Source: Callorhinchus milii (Eukaryota). From it: a stretch of DNA of 64,000 nt. The translations under genes were made by a program, and so were the position numbers. The stretch lies in contig NW_024704742.1 of NCBI RefSeq assembly GCF_018977255.1, forward strand, positions 45,014,001 through 45,078,000, written 5' to 3'. Below, piece after piece: positions 11,440 through 25,819 of the stretch. Below the pieces are notes generated by a model that searched no databases, was not told where the DNA came from, and saw only the letters and a list, made by a program, of their open reading frames with translations. Each line of letters begins with the position of its first letter. The stretch's first letter is position 1.

Positions 11440-13795
11440 AACCCCTGTAAAAACTACCATTTCATCTCCCTCAACTCCTTTATCCCTCTCCCTACTGCCT
11501 CCAAGCCTACCACCATCTTCTACTGCCCATGGAAGAAGATCTCCCCGCAATCCCTCTCCGCTGCCCTGGAGTCCTCTGAACTCCTCCCCCTCTGGCCCAC
11601 CTTCCGCACCAACCCATTCTCTGCACTTACTCTCCTCCACAGCATCCTCTCCACCACACTCAATGCCCTTGCCCCCTCACCTCCTGAACTGCCTCCTATT
11701 TCCGATCCTCACCCTGGTTCACTAGTCACCTCCACTCACTCAAGAGCCAGGTGCGGGCTGACAAACGCACATGGCTGAATTTCGACCTAACGTTGCACCA
11801 GCACATCTGGCTGGACCACATCAAAACCTACCGCTTGGCCCTCACCTCAGGCAAATTGTCCTTCTGCTCCAGGTTAATCCTGGAGGCGAAGAGCAACCCC
11901 AGCCTCCTGTTCTCCACCACCAACCGGCTCCTCTGCCCTCCCCTCCATGCCTCACAGATTCTTTCCGCCGACTCCCACTGTGAGGAATTGCTGGACTTCC
12001 TCAAGTCCAAAATCAAGGCAATCCACTCAGCTGTCACTGCCCTCCCAACTTCCACCCCCACTCTACCAACCCCCGCACACTCCGACCACTACGCATCCTT
12101 CCTTCCACACATTTGAACCTTTCACCTCATCCTCTATGATCACCCCCATATTTCCATGAAGTCCACCACCTGCTCCCTGGACCCCATCCCCAGCCCTCTC
12201 CTTGAATCCCGGTTCCACCTCTTTGCCTCACTACTCGCCGACATCATCAACCTCTCCCTTTCATCTGGCACTGTTCCTACCCCCCTCAAAACAACCATAT
12301 CACCCCCACCTCAAAGAAAACTTCCCTTGACCCAACACAGCTATCCAGCTACCAGCCCATTTCCAACCTCCCTTTTCTATGCAAGGTCCTTGAGAGAGCC
12401 ATTGCCTTCCTGCTTCGCTCTTTCCTCTCCTCCCACTCCCTCCATGAGCCTCTCCAATTGGGTTTCCATGCTGTCCAAAGCACGGAACTGCTCTGATCAT
12501 GGTCACAAATGACATCCTGACCATGTGTGACCAGGGCTCCCTTTGCCTCCTCGTGCTCCTTGACCTCTCCGCCAGTTTTGACACGACCATTCAATCCTCC
12601 TCCACCACCTCTCTTCCCACCTCAACCTCCAAGGTTCTGTCCTTGACTGGTTCAAGTCCTACCTTTCACACCGCCTCCTTTTCGCCTCAGCAAACAGCTT
12701 CTCCTCCAGCCCCCGTGCAGCATTCCTCAGGGATCTGTCCTCGGTCCCCTCCTCTTCACCCTCTACATAATCCCCCTTGGTGACATCATCTGCAGACATG
12801 AGACAAATTTCCACATGTATGCGGATGAGACCCAACTCTATCTCTCTGCCTCCACCCTCAACTCCAGGACTACTGGTATCCTGACCTACTGCCTGTCTGA
12901 CCCCAAGTCCTGGATGAGGGACAACTTTCCCCAGCTGAAGGTCAGCAAGACCAAGGCCCTCCCAATTGGCTCGCACCAGCACCTCTGCACCTTGGGCGCT
13001 GGCAACATCAGCATCCATGGCTGCACACTCAACCTCACTAAGCCAGTCAGAAACCTGGTTGTCTTGTGTAACCCTGAACTGTCCTTTCTCCCCCACATCC
13101 TTGCCATGACCAGCACTGCCTACCACCACCTCCGCAACATTGCCAGACTCTGTCACTACCTCATTCCTCTGGCTGTCGAAATCCTCACCCATGCATTCGT
13201 CACATCAAAGCTCAATTATGGAAATTCCCTCCTCATTGGCCTTCCCAACTTTTCCCTTCACAAGCTGCAGATCATCCAAAACTCTGCAGCTTGTGTACTC
13301 TCACGGACCAGGCTCTGTGACCCCATCACTCCCACCCTCGCCCGAACACCACTAGCTCCCCATCCATCAGAGGATTGAATTCAAGATCCTCGTCCTCACT
13401 TTCAAGGTCATCCATAGCCTTGGCCCCTCCTACCTCTCTGACATGCTGATTCCCTACCAACCTGCCCACTCCCTCCGTTCAGCGGGCTCCAGCCTGCTCC
13501 ATGTCTCCCGCCCGACCCGCCCTACCATCGGTGGCCGAGGTTTCAGCCTTTCTGCCCCCATACTCTGGAACTCCATCCCACAGTCCCTTTGCTTCGCTTC
13601 CTCCTTTGCCTCCTTCAAAGTCTCAAGACCCTCCTCTTCCATCATGCCTTCGATCGCCCTCCCACCTCTCTGCCTTCCCTCACCCCTACCCCACCCCTCC
13701 CATATGCTCGGGTCCTGACCTCTAACTGTCCAGGCCCTTGGAACGTCCTGCTGACATGAAAGGCGCTCAGTAAATGTAATTTTGTTGTTGTTGTT
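11440..13795 (+). mobile_element. L2 LINE, 5'-truncated, about 2.3 kb, frameshifted
   Basis: [54 protein letters not shown]; ends gaaaggcgctcagtaaatgtaatt(ttg)n. Confidence 0.95.
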
Positions 13796-14464
13796 GATGC
13801 TGAATAATTATGAAATGGTCATTTCCATAACTGAGCCTAGCCATCCATCTATTGAGGGCTCGAACCCGTGCTTGTCAGATGGCCACAGAAAGAGCTGGTT
13901 AATATAATATTTCTGGCAGCAAGTCTGCATAAGTCATTCCCCCTGTTCCAGTTGCCAGGCCTCAATATTCACTTGAGATAGCTTCAGAAACTTACACTCT
14001 GAGTGACTTTTTAACCAACAACCTCTTTGCACAACTGCTAATGTAAGTGAACAACAGTCTTAGGATTTCACATTCTGCAACATTCTGTGCCAAAACAAAT
14101 AATAAATATACTGGTGATCGCTTATGGAATTATTTAAAAACAACTGCAAGTCACAAATAAAATCATTTCAAACACATACATTTTATTTTTGACTGAACCA
14201 TTTGTGAGGAAACCTGTTAGAAATCATTGCAATTTAGATTCCAATTTATAGTAATTTTATAGCTTTCTCTATGCTAAATATGCAACGTTCAAGAACTATT
14301 ATTATTATTGTTTTTGTTATTATAAGCAACCACCATGTCCTTTTCCATGTAATAATTACAATACTAACAACCATGAAGTAAATGACCAATTTAAGCCAAG
14401 TACAATGTAGATGGCATGTTCCTTAATTCTTATCAAAAGTTGCCCTGGAAAATCTTGCAAATTC

Positions 14465-15180
14465 ATCAATGGGAAGGGATGTGTGTCCAAGATGTGGACA
14501 GGAGGATGGTGGCAATACTCTCATACATTTCATGCTCAGGCGCATTGCCCACTTGTAGCTGCCATCCAACTCAAACCCGCGCTTGTCAGATGTCTAATGA
14601 CTAAGTCGTGACTATCCTCCTGGGTGGGGGGAGGCAAGAGGGATCTCCTTGGAGCTGAACTGGCTCCAAGGTGACATGCCTGGCAATGGAATATCGGAAT
14701 CGAGCCAGGCTTCTGTGGCAGGCTCGGTAGTCTGGTTCTGAGGTGGATCTGCAGTATTCCAGCGCACTGCTGATGACAGCACAGCCAGCCTGGCTCATCA
14801 GCAAGATCTGGAAGGGCAGACCATTCACTGGGGGGCAGGGAGTCATCCCACTCAACTCATCTTAACCCTGCAAGCCAAAGCCCTAACGGTAGGGTAATCC
14901 TAGCTGGACAAGCAGTGGGAAAGCTTGCCAGACTGCGATATCAATGGGAAGCTATGCAGTTTTAGCTGGTTAGACTCCAGTAGTATCCTGATGAATACTC
15001 CGGGCTCCCCAAGCCTTGGCTCTTGTCAGTCCAGGGAGAGATTGCGCATTCCATTCCAACAATCTATCTCTGGGATTTCGATGTATAGATGGGATGCATG
15101 GAAATCTCAGCTTGGTTGGTTACTTTTACGCATGGTGATAGGTTTTCGAATGTGTCAGGACCTTGTTTGACCAGAAGTAA
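14465..15180 (+). repeat. Unclassified interspersed repeat, copy 2 of 4
   Basis: Colinear with 1705-2375 and 34065-34615. Confidence 0.85.
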
Positions 15181-15549
15181 ATTTAAAAATTGGGCTTTAG
15201 ATTTGTGGTTTGGATTCACTGTATCCATAATTCAGATTCCAATCAAAATTCAAACCTTAAAATATAATCACATATTGTGGACTCTATTTTACAAACACCA
15301 ACTTGAAACTAATTGACCTACATTTTACTGCTTTATTCCCTTCTCTTTCTCGATCAGGGCTGCTATATTATCAAACTTTCAGTGATGTTTGCAAATATAT
15401 GGTCAGAGTTTCCATTATCTCTCTCTGACTCCCATCAGTGTTTTGTGATCGCTGCCTCTTTGGATGACTTTCCACTTTGAGTTCCTCAGCTAGTAATCGA
15501 ACCGTTTCACTTGAACCATCCTCTAGAATACTAGAACAAAGTATTTATC

Positions 15550-15725
15550 ATAACAATAATAATCTGTGCATTTGATATAGTGTCTGAAGTTGTGACGTCC
15601 TCCTGGCATGAAAAGTGCGATATAAATGTAAATTGTAGTATTTTGTATTGCTTTATCACATCAATGTAACACCCCAAAGCACTTCACTCAGTTTTACTGT
15701 AGAGTAACTGTATTTTGTGTGTGAA
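15550..15725 (-). mobile_element. Cluster of SINE/L2 tail fragments
   Basis: aataataatctgtgcatttgatatag and aaagcacttcac tail motifs, plus a small plus-strand L2 tail piece. Confidence 0.55.
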
Positions 15726-16339
15726 TTATGCAACTCCTTTATTCTCAACTCCAATTCTGTCATTTCTGAATTGATGGAATGAAAGCATTTTGAAGTATCC
15801 CTCTCACTTGGAATCTGTTTGACATATATCGGTTCATTTATATTGCCAAATTTTCTATTCAGTTAATCTGGGCTGAGTCCTATTTTATCTCAGTAAAATT
15901 TGTCTTTCTCTTTTTGAGTGTGCTTAACCTTGACTGTTCTTTTTCCCTTATCTATTCTCATATTAAGACTAATTGTCTGTTGTTTGTTGCTTTCCAAATA
16001 TTCACCAACTCATGTCAGAATAAATTATACTTTGGAATAGGAATTTTGAGCAACTGTATAACATCTATCACAGTATCCTTGAGCATATTCAATAAATCAA
16101 CCTTTTCTTTTACAGGTATTTTGAGTTCCATCTATATTTAATTAAGGACAGCATGAGATTTTTCACATTATAATTAAGAATGAATCTGGGCAATGTCCAT
16201 GAAAATAGTGCTTGTTTTTTTTTCTAGAATGATAAGAAAGGAATTGAGCTTTTTCGATCACCCGGTGAGGAAAGTATATCACTGAAACATAAAGACCAAA
16301 AGATTGAAGTTACAAATCTCTGTCTGAAACAAATTACCT

Positions 16340-16610
16340 GATGTGATAGTTGCAGTTCTGTAATTTTCCTGGGCTTGAATTGGAGATATTAGCCAAGTTT
16401 CCTGTTTCTCATTGCTTTCCAGTGACCCCTGCTGGAAAGTGAAAATGTGCAGCATTCATATGATTGTATTCATCTATGATACCTCACAGTCAGATAGCCT
16501 GGAAGCTGTCACTGTTTAGCTTACACATAATAAATTAGAGCCAGGAACCTGCAGGCAAATGGCACCCATTAAACGTTACTCTAGGATACATGGAGTGGGG
16601 AAAATTGGCA
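16340..16610 (+). mobile_element. Ancient SINE-like repeat (second family)
   Basis: ttagccaagtttcctg..ccagtgacccctgctggaaagt, similar to 9785-10250. Confidence 0.45.
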
Positions 16611-17064
16611 AAATGAATATTGATATCATTGCTTCATTATTATGCTCTTTTGGTTCCAAAATTCCTAGAATAAAAGCCCAATTTGTTATTTTTTTCTCTG
16701 TAACTGATAACAATCCTTACATCTGGTATAGGGCGTTTCACATCAGGAAGATGTTGTTGCAAAGCGCTCACTTCACAGGATAAATTGTAGAGTGGGGTGA
16801 CCATGTTTTGTGAGTAAATTGTTTATTCACACTCAGAATTTAAATCTTTACTTTAATTTCATTCATGAAACGTAATGTGTGCATATAATAATCCAGTTAG
16901 CTTTGTACATACCTAAAAGTTCCACAGGCCTTGCACTCTTAAATCAAAACTGGGTATTTGGCTGTTGATGTATCTGCTTCCCTTTATGCAACATGTTACT
17001 AAAAATTGAACAAGGTATCCAGCACATCATATGTTCAGCATTTGTGCATCAAAACAATGCAATA

Positions 17065-17455
17065 CAAATTTATGTTTATATAATGTCTTTCACATTGCAA
17101 GGACCTTAACAGTCCTGGCTTGGCACCCAAACTGGTAGGGGTAGGAGCTGAGCGGGTGGGGGGGAAAGGAAAGATGACCAAAAGCATTGTCAAAGAGGTA
17201 GGTCTTGAGATTTCCTTGAACGAGGTAAGAGAGGGAGCAAGTTGGATGGACTCGCAGAATAGGGTCAGATATGCTGAAAGCCAACTGCCAATGGGTGGAC
17301 GGGTAAGGTTGGGAGTGTGGGGGGGTGTGGGAGTGTGAAACAAGCCAGTGCCCAGTGACTGAAGGAAGTGACTGGGTCTCAAACAAAAGATAGGGATTTA
17401 AATGTGAGGTTGAGAATCTCGAACTCAATTCGTTGCGGGATGAGGAGCCAATGGA
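17065..17455 (-). mobile_element. L2 LINE 3' fragment
   Basis: Reverse complement similar to the L2 ORF2 C-terminus and 3' UTR. Confidence 0.75.
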
Positions 17456-17740
17456 GCTCCACACGCCTCTGTTTAATTAGCAGTAAGTAGCAAACTGGTT
17501 GTTTGTCGATTGGTGGACCGCTTTTCCGGGGGTAATTATCATTTTAAAAAAATTAAAATTTGGTCACTCAATGATTGACTGTTTGTGGGACACTGCTGTG
17601 AGCAATTGGCTGCTGTGTTTCACCCACAAAATATATAACCAATTCACTTTACAGTATATTCTGTAAAGCTCTTCGAGACATCTTGATGATGTGATAAGGG
17701 CTATATCAAATGCAAGCATTATTATTATTATTATTATTAA
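17456..17740 (+). mobile_element. tRNA-derived SINE, long form, lacking its head
   Basis: ctccacacgcctctgttta..; gtgggacactgctgtgagcaattggctgc; tail gctatatcaaatgcaagc(att)n. Confidence 0.85.
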
Positions 17741-17839
17741 TTTATGGGTGAAACCCGGCTGGCCATTGTGCACAGTGATGTCACATCAACAGTCATGGAT
17801 AGTTTGACCAAATAAATAAATATTTATTTATTGATTTTA

Positions 17840-18022
17840 AACAATTATTACCCCTGGAAAGCGATCTGCCAATCGACTGACATCCGAGTTCCTACTTACT
17901 CCTAGGTAAACAGAGGAGTGTGTGGTAAGGAAACTTGCTTTAGGCTTTGCCCCACCCGAGAATCGAACCCGCGTACTCTTGCTTGAGAGGTGAGTGCTCT
18001 ATCCAATGCATTACAGGAATTC
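17840..18022 (-). mobile_element. tRNA-derived SINE, long form, 5' half
   Basis: Reverse complement has B box gggttcgattc followed by the long-form segment. Confidence 0.8.
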
Positions 18023-18151
18023 ACAAGATAATATCTCAGAGTGATTCACAAAGACCAGACTGGATCAGATCAGCAAGGATTAAGGGGATGGGCAAAGGGG
18101 GAGGTGACTGTAAGAAGATTTAAATATGTAGGTTTTTAAGCATCATATATT

Positions 18152-18602
18152 GTAATAATAATAATCCTTGCATTTGATGTAGCACATTATCTCATTGTCA
18201 AGATGTCTCAAAACAGTTCACAAAATCTATTATACAGTATAGTGACTGTGTAGGTGAAGATGACAGCCAGTTTGCTCACAGAGGTGTCCTACAAACAGAC
18301 ATGTGAATGACTAATTTTATCTTTTATATTTTATATACCTATTTTACATTTTATTTTTACTGGGAGAAACTTCCCTTATCATTTTCAGTTGTACCATGGG
18401 ATTTTTGACATCTACCTAAACAGGGAGATGGGAGTTTGGATTAATTTCCAATCTGAAGGACGGCGCCTCCAACAATGCAGCACACCCCCAGCACTGTATA
18501 ATTTGAGAACCCTAGACGTGTGTGTTCAACATAACAAAGCAGGGCTTGAACCCACAACCTTCTAACTTAGAGGTGAGAATGTCATAAACTGAACCAGGCT
18601 GA
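18152..18602 (-). mobile_element. Deu-domain SINE, near full length (old)
   Basis: (aat)n tail at left, Deu-like core, tRNA-like head with gggttcaagcc on the minus strand. Confidence 0.75.
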
Positions 18603-19519
18603 TACCATTTAATGGCAAAATGGGTGAGATACAGGCGTAGAGGGAGGGAGTTCATAAATTATGGATGTAGTCACTGAAGGCTTGACCACAATTGGTGGCA
18701 AGAAGGCAGCACGGAATATGTAGCAGGCCTGAGTTAGCCAAGCAGTGGGTGTGAGCAAAAGAGTGGGGTTGGAGAAGGTCACAAATATCGGGAGGTGCTA
18801 GGGCATGAAGGGATTTATAGGTGAGAGTAAGGAGAATTAAGATGGAGAAAGGCTGTGTGTATACAAGATATTTGTGTTTGTAAGCTTTTTCAAACCAGAG
18901 GAGCCAGATTATTTATTTGAGGAACATTGATTTCTTCACACCCTACTTCAATTTCTAAAGCCTGAGGTAAGGTTATTTTGCAATCTTGACTTCTACAATC
19001 CATAAGATGTGGCATCTATTTGACTGAAGCATAACTGTTGAATACTCTGGTCCTTCTACTTTATTGGATATTTATATTATTTCACATTAAATCTTATTTA
19101 TATTTTATAAATGGTATTATAACACTCTATAGACCTGCTTACAGCTAACAGCACTATGAATATTTACAAGATTTCAAACAATTCTGCCACAAAAAAAATC
19201 AATAAAATCTAGAAAATCTGCAGAATATCTGATGAACAACTCATTCTTTTTTTTATCAGATTAGATAAGGATATTTCTCAATAAGGATAAAGCCATTGTT
19301 GTGGATATTTTTTCACATCAGCACATTTGAAGATTCAAATGACCCCCTTTCCTCTTCACAAGGTAACGAATGAGGATGCAGAAGGCTCTGTCATTATACT
19401 TTTATAGTTTTACGCTGTTTGTTAAATGAATCCTGTTTCTTAAATGTCCTGGCCTCTACCATTCTTCCTGAGCAACTATTCAAGCTGTTAATTCATACGA
19501 TCACAAGATCAACAAAGAT

Positions 19520-20720
19520 GTCTGGTTGAAGGAGACTCTTTAACCCATTTGATCTCATCCTTCCAGAGTACCATTCTCCCATTCCAGTATCAAGCTGTTA
19601 AATTATCCTTTGTCTGAAGAAAGTCTTCTGGTGTCTGTTCTGAACTTGTCCTTCATAATCCTTCCTCTGCCCTCTTGTTCTACTGTTTTGATGTGGCTAC
19701 GAGTATTGTTCTAGGTTTACATTTGCTATACCATAACCTTCTGAGACATCCCTATTTGAGGCCAAAGAGCCTTAGCTTATCCAGTAATTGCATAGAAGTC
19801 ATCCTTCTAACATTGGGGTCAGCCTGGATCTCTCTACCTTCGCTGCCTCTGCGGCCTGGGCAGATGTTGCAACAGCAGGAACTGTAGACAATGCTCCATG
19901 TGGCCTGTCCAGAGCTCTGGATAGCTTGACCGTGATTTCTTGGATCTGAATTTAACTGATTCGGCAATGTGACCAGGCATATGAATTATTAACTTACAAT
20001 GTTGGAGCTCACTTCAGAGTGAGTTAGTCAAATAATATCCCTAGGTCTCTTTAAGTGTTTATATTTTGGCAAGTTCTAGATTTCCCATAGAGTAGATGTG
20101 ACTCTTATTTTAACTTCCTATAATGCAATACCTTACATTTATATGTTCTGAACCTCACTTTGCTGTGATCATCTTATGTGCATTCTGGTTCTACAGTCCT
20201 TCCAATTTTGTTGATATCAGAGTTAATTACTTTGCACTGAGTCTACAATCCAGACTGTTTGTGTTTATATCATTCCCATAGTCTGTTGCTAATCTGTGTG
20301 CCTTATGGATTTAACCTGTTCAGATTTAATGTAGATGTGATCCAATCTACATCCTATAATCTACATGATTTACCTGGTGATTTGAACTTGTAAAGGAGCC
20401 AATGTCCTGTAATTTTCAAAGACCATTTGGAAATCATTGTCAAATTCAAATGTCACCTTCTTGAGAAACATTTGAAGTTGGTCAGACAGGATCTACTCTT
20501 CTGATACCAGATGGTTCTAATATATTACATTATTTTCATTTTGGTAAACTTCCATTTTTTGTTCCTAATGAATGTTTTAATTGGTTTTCCAAATATTGTG
20601 GTTAGACTCAGTGAGATCATAGTTGTCAGGTATGATTTCTCTCTAGAATATGGGAACCACATGTGCTTGTTTTCAGTGTGCCAAATCCTCCCTAGTGTTT
20701 ACTGATTCCCTGTACGTATG
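19520..20720 (-). mobile_element. Old CR1 LINE RT and 3' region
   Basis: Degenerate CR1 RT segments on the minus strand (DFQ..F.K-like at ~20415-20435; KCKVLH-like at ~20125-20140). Confidence 0.6.
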
Positions 20721-23700
20721 TGTACAAGATACTGAACAGAGATTTATTGATGTAAAATTACAGTGACCATTCTTGAGCTGTTGACATGATGTTGAAAACG
20801 TGTTTTTTTTTAGCATACTAAGATTTGACAGTAATTGAAAGTTTTTTTGTGTTCCGCATGATTGTAGATTCCAATAAACATAGCAGCTGCATAAGGTTCT
20901 CAGTACGTATGCAAGCAGTCAAACCATTAAGGCCCACTGAGGAAAGGAAATATTCAAGGAAACGTTGCTGCAAGATGACATAGCCCCTTTAAGACAAAAG
21001 CAAATATCATCTTAGTGTAATAATTAAAAATATTTGTTTGTTGAAGAAGGGCCAAGTACTTTTGCATAATAGCAGTTTTACAAACACTGAGATCTTTTAA
21101 AGAATCTCCTACTTTTATTCAGGAGGTTAGGAATATTAGGAATATACTGCGGAAGAATTGTGTGCAGCACAATATACGTACGTTTTTTCCTGAGGGCTGC
21201 ACAACATTTCACATGAATAGGAAACATTATCTCCTCTTTGAATCATTTTAAGTAATGATGGCTGCAAATCAGTTTGTGAATCAGGTAGCTATTTTTTCTG
21301 CAAGTGCTCTTCATTTTAACTCTTCCTGCAGAATAAACCAATGAAGGATACTATTTGAACAAATGGCAACCTACAGTGCTATCCATAGAGTAGAGCTATG
21401 AATTTGAAGATGAGAAAGTACACTTATAGGAGGGCATGTTTATTAGTAGCCCGTGATCAACTTGCACATTTCAGGAGTGTACATTTGTTAATCGGAAATT
21501 AACATGAGTGATAATCAGAAGGAATTATAACCTCCTTAGCATTTATTGCCCCTATATTTACTGAAATAACTTCAAACACAAGTTACAGAATGAGTAATTG
21601 AACTGTTGAATATTCACAGAGAATGGAAGAAAACATCAAACAATCCAATATGATAATTTCTGGGATAAATCACAGGCTTGGTTGTGTTCAGGAAAGTCCA
21701 TTATGTAAAAGTAACTACAAGGTATTCCAAAAGTTGAAAAGATAAATGTGTGGGTCTTTCAATCATTTTATTGCATCCTCTTTGTGTATTAGGATTAACT
21801 TTCCATTAAACCTTTAAGACCATTTTGTCTTAAAATTGAACATACGTAATGCATGATTGTGGAAAATTCTTAAATGTATTCTTAATTTGGAGTTGGGTTT
21901 CCACAGATTTTAAACAAAGCTGTCTTAAATTAAGGCTGAAAGCAGGATCCACAATTGCATGCTATCTTGTCTTTTTAGGCAAAAAGCTAAGACTATGTGT
22001 GATTTTCATCTTACTGAGTATTGGCAGATCGTTTAACTTTGGGGTATCAGTGTTTATCCTGATGTCTACACATATATTGTTTCTCGCATAAAATACACAG
22101 TCAAACCACTTTACAATACATTCTGTGAAAACTTTGAGACCTTTCAACAATGTGATAAGGCTCTAAATCAAATGCAAGGATTATTATTTTTTTATTATTT
22201 ACACATACACTTTTAACAGGAGTAGCTGATTGAATGACATTTAAGACTAGGAATCTTAACTGATTTTCCTTTGCCTAACCAGGTGTACTAAGGACAATTA
22301 TAGTATCCTGAACTCCAGTCCAAGTTGAGATCTGCTCAGTCAGCACAGACTGGGTTGTAAACTTGAGGTTAAACCTTGTTTACCTCAATTTTATGCTCGA
22401 CATTGGTTTTACCAACAGAGCAGTAAGAGAGCAGACTGAAAATGCTTTTGACAGTATTACAGCTCCTTCAAATATCAAATCAATAATTAATTTTCAACCT
22501 CATGTACTAAAACTAAAACTCATTATAAATAATGAGCAGTATACACCGGCTTTCAAGGACTTCACTATATATTATTTCCATGCATATTAGAACATGCATA
22601 TTATAAGGCGTAATTAAAGATGTTATGATTGTCATGTATTATTTATCTGTACACTTTGTTCAGTGTATATCACTTACCAGATTCTAAAATTACAGGAGGG
22701 AGTGTTGTTCCTCACTCAGGAGAGAGATAAAAGTAAGCACTGATGGTTCATAATTCTTCATCCTTGCACAACACATCTTTAATACATGAGTGTGGCTGCT
22801 GATAATCAGGAAGTATCAATGGGGGAGGAATCACACTCACAGGTGAGGTGAGGATCCTTTTCTGTAAGTGTTATTAAACTGCAGTTACTTATAGCGATTT
22901 TCTTCTACTGAATTCTATCCTTGCTTTCATTCACAGGGGCAGGGTTGTCAGGTGGTGATTCGAAGATTATCACTAGATGTACTAGCTGTCTTCTGTATCC
23001 ACCACTATAATTACCTGTACAATGCGCAGAGATTCAGCTGCTGCACTGAGAAATCCTGCCGTAGGGTTAGAAATAACCATTCTTAGAACTCCATCTCCGT
23101 TTCCAGCTGAATCTGGTGCTGTGGTAGATCTGGCTTAGTGCCATATCATTTTGCTGGGACATACATGCTGTGCACAGATAGGCAGTGTTGTGGTACTGCA
23201 CCCATAATCCTTTACATCGGAAGTTCAAGGCCTGAGGCCATGCTGCAATGATGAGAGAATACTCACTTTCACTAGGAATGAGACAAAGTTTGGAAAGTGA
23301 GACAACCTGGGACATTCACAGATTTGCTAGTAATTGTTTAAGGAGCAATGTAGACGACAGTACTCTTGGACAGATATAAGAGAATATAAGAGAATAAACG
23401 ATCCTTCCCTCACCTCCGAGATCCAATTCCTCTTTCATTCATAGTTTTTGTGTCTTTCTATTTTCATTAGCGCCAAGCTTGATCATTGCTCCTCTTACCT
23501 ATCCTCCCTTTTTTCTCTGATTCTCCAACTACATTGTCCTATGCACTTTTCGTCCTCTCTGCATTCTCCTGTGACAAAATCTAAATGTTTCTACCACTCT
23601 AATTCAATCTTTCTCAGGACTTGAAAAACTGAGAAACTTCCTATGTCTTTCTACCTTCCCTTTTTCTTATTGTAAAAGCCAAGCTAGATGTCACCTAGCC

Positions 23701-24809
23701 ATTATTTTTTAATTTATCCCACTTTCACTCCCACTCTTTTCAACCTTGGCGGTGTGCTGTACTGTGGGACTTAACCCTTCAACTGGATGTTTCAATTAAA
23801 AATAGGATATAAGTCACCTACTTTTACCCATGGCAGGATTACAGTAAGTGGTACAAGGAAACCAACCAGTGGAAAGTAAGAAATTGATCAGCCTTACACT
23901 GCAATGTGTATTTTCTTACGTTAAAGTAAACTTCTGTTCCAATTCTCCAATCATTGAATTGCACATGGGCAATAACATTAATCCTAAGAATAAATAAAGC
24001 CCAAAATTATTTTGTTTCCAGGCTCATATCCCATTTGGACTTTGAACCCTGCAGTGATCACTTCCAGGTTATGTCAGAATGGCCCATCAGAAAGTGATCT
24101 TCAAGCTTTTATACTGAAAGCTGCTCTGTTGCCCTGCCAAGGTCAAGAGTTTGGTATTCCCTTTGAAATAAAGCTAAAGTAAGTTATTTTCAAACAAGTG
24201 TAATTACCAAGATGTTATTTATATAAATTTAGGACTTTTTATATGATTATATTGTGCACTAAGTAAATACGGGATACAAATTCTGGAATTATTGAATATT
24301 TATTGATTACTGTGTTACTCAGAACTGTGACTGCACCATTAACTCCCAAATGCACTGCCCACTTCTCTTGGGAGTTACATTTTGATTTAGTGCTGTTCAT
24401 TAATATTATTAAGCATATTCAAAGAAAACAGAGAAATTACAAAACCAGTAACCATTACTGCACAATTTTCTTTTTGCCAATTTCTCTGCCTTTCTCTCTT
24501 CTCCTTGGCTATTGGCCATTCTGCGTATGTGAAGCATATGTAAAATAAGATTATAAGTCAGTTTCTGGACTGTGTGGGATATTGCACTCACACTAAATCC
24601 TGTCCTTAACTGGTATCCACACCACAGGGCATTGTGTAGAGTTCAGTAGCTGGAAATTACTCATGATCTTACCTTAACACCATTGTCTTAAAATATAACA
24701 TCTTGCAGAAAATTCTTTGGAACATTCATAAACTTGGTAGAAACTTGTTTGGTCTCAGCATACCCCATTTGGGTATGCCAATGCTTCTAGTTTGGAAAGT
24801 TGGGGATTC

Positions 24810-25060
24810 CAATCAAGTGGAGGAGAACTGCATTGTCAGAGGTGCTGTCCTTTGTATGAGATGTTAAACTGAGGTAATGTTTACCAGTTCAGATGAAAGT
24901 TAACAATCTCATGGCACTATTCGAAAGAGAATGGATTTTTTTCAGTGTCCTTGCTTCAATTCTTGGTTATAAACACACTCTCACTATGCTTTACAGTAAA
25001 TCCCATTTAAGAGCTTTGACATGTGATAAGGCACCACATTAAAACATGTGTTATTATTAA
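24810..25060 (+). mobile_element. Deu-domain SINE (old)
   Basis: ctgcattgtcagaggtgctgtcctttgtatgagatgttaaactgagg..ctcatggcactattcgaa. Confidence 0.7.
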
Positions 25061-25819
25061 TTTGGAAACTGGTTTGCAAGAATTATGAAACATCTGCTTT
25101 TAAACTAAGACTGAATTTAAAACTTTCAAGAAAATTCTGCTCAATCTGAAAACAATGATTTTAATTTTAACCTATCAGATAGTTCAGCCTTAGAAATCAG
25201 AATTACAGTAAAATTAATATGCAATGACAAATGTAGTATGATAGGCTTAACACACACATTTTATCATTAGTGTCTTACCTCAGTACAGAATCAAAAATCA
25301 AAAGAACTCATGGCCTGACATTAAGTAACCAAAATAGTGATCCTGTCAATTTGTCTGACAGTAAGGAAAGCAACTGCTCACTATAAAACTGGGATCAAAG
25401 ATAGAAGACGGTTATTATCTAAAAACTCTTCAATCAACTTCTAATATGTATTATAATACTGTTCAGAATGTTTAAGGGTTATCATTGCACTGTTGCAAGT
25501 CCTGAAACAGACAGCCTTGAAAACCGATATATTGTTGGGCGGAGGTTTGTGCTATTGCAGTTGATGTACACTCTGCTTTGGGAAATTTTTAAAAGATAAA
25601 TGTGAATCAAAATAGAATCAATAGATATTTATACACATAAATACCCTTTGTAGTTTGTCCTCTTCATAAGGTAAATTTATTTTGGGATGAATAGTATCTC
25701 TTCAACCCCAAATGCTTATCATTTTGCACACAAAACAAATTGAAATTAAATCTTTGACAGTGCTGAACCCTGAGGAAAATAAATTCATAGAGCTGCTGGT
25801 CAACCAATAAGTACAGATT

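Noticed and set aside
11440..13795. Active L2 element
   Set aside because: It is 5'-truncated with multiple frameshifts, and YADD is changed to YADE.
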